From Fibrobacterales bacterium (GTDB lineage: Bacteria; Fibrobacterota; Fibrobacteria; Fibrobacterales; JAOPTW01), in contig JAOPTW010000051.1 of NCBI GenBank assembly GCA_051532035.1, positions 1 through 38,709 of the forward strand: DNA of 38,709 nucleotides, in the 5' to 3' direction. A program made the translations under genes and the position numbers. Below, piece after piece: positions 19,198 through 26,902 of the stretch (within the stretch, counting starts at the first letter, position 1; each line of letters starts with the position of its first letter). The notes under the pieces were generated by a model, which worked only from the letters and a program-made list of their open reading frames with translations, was not told the origin of the DNA and ran no database searches.

Positions 19198-19281
19198 GTT
19201 TGTAAACTCCCTTTTACTCTTTATTTGCTGCATATTAGGTATATTCACTGAGAAATTAGTTCCAGTAAAGTGTATGCCCCT

Positions 19282-20256
19282 ATGAACTCAAAACACAGTA
19301 TCAACCTCACGATAGTAATCGTACTCATTCTCTCTTTTCAAACGCTCTATAGCTATCAACAAGGGTATCAGTATGATATTATTGTTCACGATGGTTCGGA
19401 AATTAAGTTAATAGAATCGCCGTTACAGGAAGTACTCTCACCAATTACTATGGATTGGAAAAAAGATACTGATTGCCCTTTGGGAATGTACGGTATGTGG
19501 TCTCTTGAAAAAGGACATTTGACCCTTACGGAAGTTGTTCGTTGTGAGGACGACAGCACTTTTACTCCTGCGTATTTTATCGACTCACTCTCTGTTGCAA
19601 GTAGGGATACTACAATGCCAGACTCTCTGGTTACGGTTGTTGCAACATGGTATAGTGATACCTTAACTGAAACTCGAGATAACGGATGTGATGCTTTTGA
19701 AATCAATAAAATTTTGACTCCTAAAAAAGATCAGTATCAACATACCGCTTTGAGCTTTAGTAAGGGAAAAGCTACCGTAAATTATATCTATCTCTCATGT
19801 AAGGGGCTTGAAAACTTAGTGCCCCATAGAGGTATTTTTGGATCTATTGGTGGTGGAATCTTGGCCGGAAAATTGTCGGGTACCATTCAGTTATGGTGGC
19901 AGATGAAAGAGGGGTATCAGGGCGGATATTCACTCAGTACTCGCGAAGAGGATGATGTAACTAATATCTCCTCATTTTGGCTCTACCATTCACTCTTTTT
20001 TGGCTATCGCTATGGCGGAGACCTTTTTGCTACGGGTAAAATAGGGGTGCAGTATGTGATGCAAAGCGACGAATATTTTAATGGAATATCTCTTGAAAAA
20101 AGGAATGAAGATACTTCTTATCCTGGAATAATGATTGAGGCCGAAGCAGGGTATGTCAAAGATTTTGGTGCATCAGTACGTGCTATTGGTATGATCAATA
20201 CTCACGATGTTATTGTGGGTCTTCAAGTGAGTTTTATCATTGGGTACTTTTACTAA
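19282..20256 (+). CDS. Exported hypothetical protein with possible C-terminal beta-barrel
   Basis: Hydrophobic signal peptide, Cys-containing N-domain, Gly/aromatic alternating C-terminal strands ending in YFY. Confidence 0.6.
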   Translation: MNSKHSINLTIVIVLILSFQTLYSYQQGYQYDIIVHDGSEIKLIESPLQEVLSPITMDWKKDTDCPLGMYGMWSLEKGHLTLTEVVRCEDDSTFTPAYFIDSLSVASRDTTMPDSLVTVVATWYSDTLTETRDNGCDAFEINKILTPKKDQYQHTALSFSKGKATVNYIYLSCKGLENLVPHRGIFGSIGGGILAGKLSGTIQLWWQMKEGYQGGYSLSTREEDDVTNISSFWLYHSLFFGYRYGGDLFATGKIGVQYVMQSDEYFNGISLEKRNEDTSYPGIMIEAEAGYVKDFGASVRAIGMINTHDVIVGLQVSFIIGYFY

Positions 20257-20418
20257 GGGTCTCGATTCTTATTTGGTGGAGTGGCTCTCAAACTACATTG
20301 TTAAAAATCCTTAAACACCTGTTTAAACGGAAATGAGAAAAGTTGCCCTCTCAGCTCTAGCAAGGTGGGGTGTTTAAAAATTATATTAGAGGAACGCTTA
20401 CACAGAAAGGTCGCTCTA

Positions 20419-21051
20419 ATGATTTCTACACTCTTTGACACCATGAATAAATGGAGACAGTTTCCCAATTGGCAGATTGACAGCCGGGCAAGTATATTTT
20501 TCGGATTGTTTCTCAATGAAATTTTATCAGTAAAAGGCATCAATGACATTTGTGGTATTGTGCCCGAATTCCCTGTTCGCCATGGCGATATCTATAAAGG
20601 TATTCGGTCAAACCGCTCCTCAACCATCGACTATGTTGCTTTCTCTCCAACAACGGCATATCTTATAGAACTCTCAATTGATTGTGATCCTCGAAAGGAG
20701 AAACAACGAAAGCATATTGAGCTTGCTCAGGAGGTTGGTATAGAAACCCTCCTTGGTGGGTTACTCTCAATATACCGAGCCACTCATTTTCCTGATAAAT
20801 ATCAGATACTTCTTAATGAACTTGTGGTAATGGGGTGGATGGAATCGGTAGGTGAAGGCCAGTACCGGGTTCCTGATGTTACTCGGAGAACTCAGAAATT
20901 ACGGATTCAAGCTGCGCCATCGGGGATTGTCGATTCAACGATTATCACTTTTAATGAGATTGCAACTGAGGCTCCTCTTAATGGTGAAATCGGGGTACAG
21001 TTCAAAGAAGTGCTCAAAGAGTGGGGGACTGCTTATTCACTAGCGGTTTGA
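20419..21051 (+). CDS. Hypothetical protein, PD-(D/E)XK-like fold
   Basis: WRQFPNWQ...PEFPVR...IDYVAFS...YLIELSID pattern; ATG 20419 after AAGG. Confidence 0.55.
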   Translation: MISTLFDTMNKWRQFPNWQIDSRASIFFGLFLNEILSVKGINDICGIVPEFPVRHGDIYKGIRSNRSSTIDYVAFSPTTAYLIELSIDCDPRKEKQRKHIELAQEVGIETLLGGLLSIYRATHFPDKYQILLNELVVMGWMESVGEGQYRVPDVTRRTQKLRIQAAPSGIVDSTIITFNEIATEAPLNGEIGVQFKEVLKEWGTAYSLAV

Positions 21052-21193
21052 CCATAGCTATCTGCTTATTGACTCATTCCTAAATAACGGCCAATAATTA
21101 ACTCAAATTACTCAATTATATTCTTATTCTGACTGACCTAAGAAACAATGTATGATACAATAGTAGAGTAATGTATAAGGGTATTGGTATTTG

Positions 21194-23614
21194 ATGAAAA
21201 GTATAAAAGGCATATTTATACTATTGTTTCTTCTGTTTGCTTTCGGTGGTGGCATTGGGTTGTCGTTGCTCTTTAAAAGTGGATCAGATGCAACCTTATT
21301 CTATATCGCCTATATTGTACTCAGTATTTTTTGTGGTAGTGGACTCTATTTTTTACTTAAAATAATCATATTTAAACGAATAGATGCCTTAGTTGTTCTC
21401 TCTCGTGATGTTGCCACGGGTAATTTTACAAAGGTACCAGGGGAGATTAAGAACGATGAAATTGGCTTGTTGCAACGAGTCTATAATATCATGATTGATG
21501 AGCTTGAATCATCTCAAAAAATGATGGCTACAAACTCTTTGGAACTTCAGACAATGAGGGAGAGTAACCAGCGTATCATTGATACGATATCCCAGGGAGT
21601 GGTCTCTACTAATGAACAAGGGGTTATTGTAAGTGTTAACAGCTATGCTGAAATCCTTCTTAAAGGGGACTCTTATACCCTCGTTGGTGAAAAAAATATC
21701 TTTGACTTCTTTATTTTGAAAGATGGGGTTGTTGTTGATTGTGGTGCAGACATTAGAAATTTTAAAGAATATGTTGCGGTACATCAACGGTGCACCATGC
21801 CAATGGAGTATCAAATTAAACTCGCTGATGGCTCACGAATACCTGTAGAGATCAGCTATCAGCACCTTGATGATGACCAATACAGTGAAGGGCACCATCT
21901 CTTTATTATAAAAGATGTTTCTGCTGAGGAGGATGCAAAACGGGAGAACAGTCTCGCGCAGAATGTATTCTCACATGCCGGTGACGCGATTGTTATTACT
22001 GATGAAAAATCAAAGATTCTCAGCTTTAACAAAGCGTACGAAGAAATGACCGGCTTTAGCCGTGATGAAATTATAGAGATAAATCCAAGTATTGTAAAAT
22101 CAAGCCAGCACGATGCGGCTTTTTATTTTGCAATGTGGAATGCTGTATTCACTCAAGGGCTTTGGAGTGGCGAGCTGTGGGATTCACGAAAAAATGGTGA
22201 GATCTATCCCCGAAATATCACTATCTCGGCAATTAAAAACTCTCGGGGTAAAACAACAAACTATATTGGAATCTCAAAAGATATAAGTATTCAAAAGAAG
22301 CTCGAGAAGAAGCTCGAGGATATGGCTTTTTTTGATCAACTTACCGGCCTCTCCAATCGGTCGTTGCTCTTAGATAAAGTTGAGACTGCTATACATCAAA
22401 GCCATCAGCATCAGCGGTTTTTTGCACTGCTTTTTCTTGATCTCGATCGCTTTAAAGGGGTTAATGATACCCTGGGCCATGATGTCGGGGATATACTCTT
22501 AAAACAGGTATCGGAGCGGATCACATCGTGTTTGGAAGAGGAAGATACCGCTGCACGCCTCGGGGGCGACGAGTTCGTAGTACTACTCAACGAAGTAACC
22601 AATGCCAATGATGTACAGGTGACGGCTCAATCAATTGTAGATATCCTCGGTATGCCGTTTTCTATTCGAAGTAACACTATTGAAATTGGGGTGAGTATTG
22701 GGGTGGTTATATATCCTGTTGATGGAACGGGGCAAGAAGAGCTCTTTAAAAAGGCAGACATTGCAATGTACAATGCCAAAGAGAGTGGGAGAGGTATTGT
22801 AAAGTTTTTTGCTGAGAAAATGAACAGCGAAGTGAAGCGAAAACAAGAGATAGAGAAAGCGCTGAAGGTAGCATTAAGTAATAAGGAGTTTGAACTCTAT
22901 TATCAACCAAAAATTGATATTGAAAAGCAGTCTATTTATGGGTTTGAAGCGCTTATTCGGTGGACGAGTAAAACAATAGGCTCTGTTCCTCCCGATCAAT
23001 TTATTCCCCTTGCCGAAGAGATTGGCCTCATTGAAGATATTGGTGAGTGGGTGATGCACGAAGCATGTAAAGGGGCTCATAGACTGAGAACGATCTTCCC
23101 CGAGTGTTCTGTTTCTATAAACCTCTCTCCCCGGCAGATTGACTCTAGGCATTTTCTACAAACCGTGGAGAATATTATTCGATCAACACAGATTCCCATA
23201 GAGGCTATAGAATTTGAAATTACCGAAACAGCCCTGATCAAAGACTTTGAATTGACCCAAATAGTGGTGTCTCAACTGAGAAATATGGGGTGTACTGTCT
23301 CTCTTGATGACTTTGGAACGGGGTATAGCTCCCTGAGTTATCTTAATAGTTTAAATATTGATATTTTAAAAATTGATAAAAGTTTTATTGATCATGTCCC
23401 GGATCCTAAGGATGCTAGTTCTGGAGCTATGGTACAGGCGATGGTTTATATCGCGGAAAAACTCAATCTTAAAGTAGTTGCAGAAGGGGTTGAAACTGAG
23501 GAGCAACTTACTGCCTTAAAAATCTATGGCTGTGGATATGGACAGGGATATCTTTGGAGTAAGCCTCTGCCACTGAGTGATATTGAGGGTGGCGCTTTAG
23601 CAGATCTTTTTTAA
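21194..23614 (+). CDS. Membrane HAMP-PAS-PAS-GGDEF-EAL diguanylate cyclase/phosphodiesterase
   Basis: Two TM helices, NDEIG HAMP, two PAS domains, DLDRFK..ND..GH, RLGGDEF, EALIRW, DDFGTGYSSL, AEGVET, QGY. Confidence 0.95.
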   Translation: MKSIKGIFILLFLLFAFGGGIGLSLLFKSGSDATLFYIAYIVLSIFCGSGLYFLLKIIIFKRIDALVVLSRDVATGNFTKVPGEIKNDEIGLLQRVYNIMIDELESSQKMMATNSLELQTMRESNQRIIDTISQGVVSTNEQGVIVSVNSYAEILLKGDSYTLVGEKNIFDFFILKDGVVVDCGADIRNFKEYVAVHQRCTMPMEYQIKLADGSRIPVEISYQHLDDDQYSEGHHLFIIKDVSAEEDAKRENSLAQNVFSHAGDAIVITDEKSKILSFNKAYEEMTGFSRDEIIEINPSIVKSSQHDAAFYFAMWNAVFTQGLWSGELWDSRKNGEIYPRNITISAIKNSRGKTTNYIGISKDISIQKKLEKKLEDMAFFDQLTGLSNRSLLLDKVETAIHQSHQHQRFFALLFLDLDRFKGVNDTLGHDVGDILLKQVSERITSCLEEEDTAARLGGDEFVVLLNEVTNANDVQVTAQSIVDILGMPFSIRSNTIEIGVSIGVVIYPVDGTGQEELFKKADIAMYNAKESGRGIVKFFAEKMNSEVKRKQEIEKALKVALSNKEFELYYQPKIDIEKQSIYGFEALIRWTSKTIGSVPPDQFIPLAEEIGLIEDIGEWVMHEACKGAHRLRTIFPECSVSINLSPRQIDSRHFLQTVENIIRSTQIPIEAIEFEITETALIKDFELTQIVVSQLRNMGCTVSLDDFGTGYSSLSYLNSLNIDILKIDKSFIDHVPDPKDASSGAMVQAMVYIAEKLNLKVVAEGVETEEQLTALKIYGCGYGQGYLWSKPLPLSDIEGGALADLF

Positions 23615-23723
23615 AAAAAACAGCCCGGTGGTTTTATGCATGAGGGCAAAACGACACCGGGCTATTATAGTGGTAGGCTCGTTTGGGGATGGGCCTACCT
23701 ACTGGGGTATGGCAAGTATCTCA
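23613..23723 (-). ncRNA. Candidate sRNA, family 1 copy a
   Basis: Minus strand: TAAAAT -10 at 23730-35, stem GGUAGGC...GCCUACC, terminator AGCCCGGUG...CACCGGGCU plus U8; shares motifs with 24674-24777. Confidence 0.55.
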
Positions 23724-23882
23724 TAAAGTATTTTAAAAGACCACACTATTTTATAAAAAAGAAGTTATTAATCATAATAGCGTAGACCAAGTTCACGGTT
23801 CTATTATTCCTCTTTGCAGAGACTCATCATCAATTGCTATATTTATCTCAGAGATACCCGAACGAAAAAAGGATGCGATCAA

Positions 23883-24401
23883 GTGTGTAGAGTACTTTTA
23901 AAAAGTATGGTATTGGTGGTGCTCCTTAATGTGACTCTTCTCTTTGCTGAGATTGAGACGGTTCCTTTTTGGAATGATCAATTCACACAACTCCATACAC
24001 AGGGAACCCTTTCGCCTCAGCAGATAGAAGGTGATTTAATTATCATTGAGTTTTGGGCTTCCTGGTGCGTGCCTTGTCGAGCTGCTCTTCCGAGTGTAGA
24101 CTCTCTGAGTAGCAGTTCTATTGGAGTATTTGCAATGAGTCTTGATGAGTCCTTTGGAGACGCACAGACTTTTTATCGCTCTGTGGGTGTGAACACTATA
24201 TTGGTACACGATCCTTCTAAAATGAGTGCCCAGTCGCTTAATATTGAGGGAATGCCTACTCTCCTTATTTGTAATCGTAAGGGTGAGATTCTTAGAAGGT
24301 GGGATGGGTATGGTTTGAGTGATAAAAAGTATATTTTAGAGATGATTGCACGAGAGCTTGAAACACTTGAAGAGTTCACAAAAATTCTAATCACTCAATA
24401 A
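23883..24401 (+). CDS. TlpA/ResA-family thiol-disulfide oxidoreductase
   Basis: Signal/TM segment, FWASWCVPC, GMPTLL...GEI; start codon uncertain (23883 or 23907). Confidence 0.85.
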   Translation: MCRVLLKSMVLVVLLNVTLLFAEIETVPFWNDQFTQLHTQGTLSPQQIEGDLIIIEFWASWCVPCRAALPSVDSLSSSSIGVFAMSLDESFGDAQTFYRSVGVNTILVHDPSKMSAQSLNIEGMPTLLICNRKGEILRRWDGYGLSDKKYILEMIARELETLEEFTKILITQ

Positions 24402-24446
24402 CTTGTCTCACGTCCCCATTTAAAAGTTGGGTTATTTGAAGTAATC

Positions 24447-24468
24447 ATATACCTGAATTCAGGTATAT
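24447..24468. promoter_or_regulatory. Perfect 22-bp palindrome (core TACCTGAATTCAGGTA)
   Basis: ATATACCTGAATTCAGGTATAT; core recurs at 24877 and 24909. Confidence 0.7.
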
Positions 24469-24536
24469 TGCCCCATTATGGGGTTTTCCGAGCTAAATTT
24501 TACATGTCTTATCTGATGAGAGTATATATTTATATC

Positions 24537-24657
24537 AAACTCTCTCCGAGTAATTCGTTTCGGTCAATTGTCTGCTAACAAACCGAAATGATGTAGTGCT
24601 TCAAACCTCTTTCATCTTGAACGCTGCATCTTAAGAAACTCGGAAGAGTTTTTTTTT
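24537..24657 (+). ncRNA. Candidate structured RNA, family 2 copy a (three-way junction)
   Basis: TTTACA-18-TATATA upstream; outer stem AAACUCU..UCCGAGU/ACUCGGA-AGAGUUU, two inner hairpins with G-U pairs valid on the plus strand, U9 tail. Confidence 0.6.
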
Positions 24658-24673
24658 GTTTAAAATCAACCAT

Positions 24674-24777
24674 AAAAAAATCAGCCACCTATAGTCAGAG
24701 GGAAATCTAAGCATAGGGTGTGGCTGATTAATAGTAATGGGCTCAATAGAGCAGTCCCTCTCAACTACTCTATTGTT
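24674..24777 (-). ncRNA. Candidate sRNA, family 1 copy b
   Basis: Minus strand: TTTACA-17-TATATA promoter (24807-24779), hairpin CAAUAGAGUAGU/ACUGCUCUAUUG, terminator AAUCAGCCAC...GUGGCUGA plus U7. Confidence 0.6.
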
Positions 24778-24874
24778 ATATATACCATTATGTTTCCCCT
24801 TTGTAAACAGACTTAAGTAACGAGTTTATTATTTTGAGTCTGTTTTATATTAGATTACATAAGGGCTCTATGTG

Positions 24875-24924
24875 ACTACCTGAATTCAGGTAGTGTTCGT
24901 TTGAATTATACCTGAATTCTGATA
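24875..24924. promoter_or_regulatory. Two further copies of the TACCTGAATTCAGGTA palindrome, 32 bp apart
   Basis: ACTACCTGAATTCAGGTAGT (24875-94) and TACCTGAATTCTGATA (24909-24). Confidence 0.7.
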
Positions 24925-24947
24925 TTGCATTTTTTGAGAACGCTTTT

Positions 24948-24995
24948 GGTACATTCGAGTACGGAATAGGTACATTCAAGTACGCTACAGGTACG
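24948..24995 (+). promoter_or_regulatory. 21-bp-period direct repeats upstream of the discoidin gene
   Basis: GGTACATTCGAGTACG (24948), GGTACATTCAAGTACG (24969), GGTACG (24990). Confidence 0.7.
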
Positions 24996-25103
24996 GTAAT
25001 GGGGATGGTTTATGCTCAACTCCTTTTTAAGGACAATGCTATTTCGTATCATTCATCTTAGTTGAGCGACAGACTCATACAATAACCATTAAGGAGAATA
25101 CTT

Positions 25104-25811
25104 ATGAAATTACTTACAACACTAAAAGCAGCAGCAATCACACTTGCACTTACGGCAACGGTAACATCAGCTCAAAATTTTGAGCTTGTATCGGGAGGTG
25201 CAACGGTTACGGCATCATCAACTGAGTCATACCTTTACGAAGTATCAAATCTTACTGATGGTGATGATGGGAGCCGTTGGGCTTCTGTATTTCAAAATAA
25301 TCAAGAAGTGATTGTTGATCTTGGAGAAACAACTGATATTCAAAAAGTAGTGCTTAAATGGGAAGCTGCTTATGCATCATACTATAAACTTCAATTTTCA
25401 CATGATCAATACAGCTGGACAACAGGTATCTCGTATACTAATGCGGGTGGCGATGGTGGTGTCGATGAAATCACTCAAGATTTTGGCGATTACCGTTTTA
25501 TGAAGGTGATTCTTGTTGAAAGATCGACTCAATATGGTTTCTCACTCTATGAAGTTGAAGTATATACAGAGAGTGTTGCTCCGCATCTTACTGCACAGTC
25601 ACTGACTCTCGCAAAATATGATAACACTTCTGGTGGATCACCTCTCGAAATTTGTACTGAAGATATCGTAGGAAAAGTTGTCGTATCACGTACTGGTCAC
25701 TATTCACTTGAAGATCGTGTAATGGTGTGTCTCGGTGCAAGCACTCCTGTAACATCTATGCGTTATGGTTGGGTTGTTATTGGTTCTGGTACAGAAGTGC
25801 CACAACAATAG
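25104..25811 (+). CDS. Secreted discoidin (F5/8 type C, CBM32-like) domain protein
   Basis: Signal peptide, TASS, NLTDGDDGSRWAS, VDLG, LKWEAAYA..Y, YGFSLYEVEVY; AAGGAG RBS. Confidence 0.9.
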   Translation: MKLLTTLKAAAITLALTATVTSAQNFELVSGGATVTASSTESYLYEVSNLTDGDDGSRWASVFQNNQEVIVDLGETTDIQKVVLKWEAAYASYYKLQFSHDQYSWTTGISYTNAGGDGGVDEITQDFGDYRFMKVILVERSTQYGFSLYEVEVYTESVAPHLTAQSLTLAKYDNTSGGSPLEICTEDIVGKVVVSRTGHYSLEDRVMVCLGASTPVTSMRYGWVVIGSGTEVPQQ

Positions 25812-25839
25812 TTTTTAAACAAAGTATAGGGGACCATAG

Positions 25840-25871
25840 AGGGGCTATCTGTAAAGTGATAGCCCTTTTTT
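25840..25871 (+). terminator. Intrinsic terminator
   Basis: GGGCTATC-N8-GATAGCCC followed by TTTTTT. Confidence 0.8.
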
Positions 25872-25972
25872 GTAGTATATGGAATGAGTTGTTTGGGTCT
25901 TTAGATAGAGTGGGGTAGTTCAGGCCAATTATAGTAGTGGCTTCTTGCTTGCTTATAGGGTACCATTTATCT

Positions 25973-26287
25973 ATGAGTCAAAATGTTACAAAATCAGACT
26001 ATGTAAAAAAGTGGCACAAAACGATACTTCTTTCTGAGCGTATTGATCAGAAGTCTAGTGAGATTGCTTCGGTATTTGAGAACGATATTTTTAAGCGCCT
26101 TGAGAGGCATCTCCTTCAAAGTAGAGAACGGTTGTTAGCTATTACTGAAAAAGATCTGTTAGAAAATAATGTTGATGCTTTTACGAAAGAGCTGGATCAA
26201 ATTTTTGAGCGGTTTACACGCTTTGAACGTATGCTTGAGCTTAATTCAATTTATCCGAATGACGGTAGCAATCGTACTACTATTTAA
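25973..26287 (+). CDS. Small helical hypothetical protein
   Basis: Open frame with amphipathic helical composition; ATG 25973 preferred. Confidence 0.6.
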   Translation: MSQNVTKSDYVKKWHKTILLSERIDQKSSEIASVFENDIFKRLERHLLQSRERLLAITEKDLLENNVDAFTKELDQIFERFTRFERMLELNSIYPNDGSNRTTI

Positions 26288-26571
26288 TCAATACTGACGA
26301 GATACCAATCAATAAGATCTTGTATAAGAGGGAGCTGTGGCGCACTCTTGTAGAATGGTTTGTTGTACAATTGATGGAGTGACTGGAGTGCAGTCTGAAC
26401 TAAGTAGAGCTCTTTATCAGAGAACATAAGCTCTTGGGTAACCTCGTTATAGAGGTTGGTATCGAGAAGTTTATGCTTAAGATCTAAAAAATCTCCGGCA
26501 CTGCTTTCGTCTCTACTCATAAGGGTGAGTGCTGATAAAATTGTCTCTTTATGCTGTGGTGTAAATTGCAT
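26284..26571 (-). CDS. Small hypothetical protein (95 aa)
   Basis: AGGAG RBS before MQFTPQHK; the longer start in the ORF track runs through promoter-like DNA. Confidence 0.65.
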   Translation of the reverse strand: MQFTPQHKETILSALTLMSRDESSAGDFLDLKHKLLDTNLYNEVTQELMFSDKELYLVQTALQSLHQLYNKPFYKSAPQLPLIQDLIDWYLVSID

Positions 26572-26902
26572 GTTTTCTCCTCTACTGTTCTGAGTGTAAT
26601 AATTTGTAGAGGGGCTGTACATAAAAAAGGAAAAATTTATCGGATCACAACTCTTTTGTGGGGGATAAAATGTTGATACTGGTTTATAGGATATCAAAAA
26701 TGTAGAACTCACTTTTTTTATTGACTTACGATGGTTTTTATGGGTTTTAAATGAAAAAGTGCCCTGTAAGCAATTGATAGTGTGTTTTCCAATATGATGA
26801 TGGGAATGATAGGGGGTGTTGAGCAATAAATTATTTTTTTTCGTTGTTTTCTTGTTTGTACGGGTATTTATGCGGTATACTTTTTACAAACAAGGAGAAA
26901 GT

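Noticed and set aside
24513..24644. Hammerhead ribozyme (CTGATGA at 24513 and GAAAC at 24635)
   Set aside because: CUGAUGA-stem II is not followed by GAAA, and the correctly placed internal core reads AUGAUGU with stems out of register.
26572..26902. Longer N-termini for the 26284 ORF and the MCP; sigma28 promoter
   Set aside because: Clear AGGAG sites mark starts at 26571 and 26903; the sigma28-like elements have the wrong spacing.
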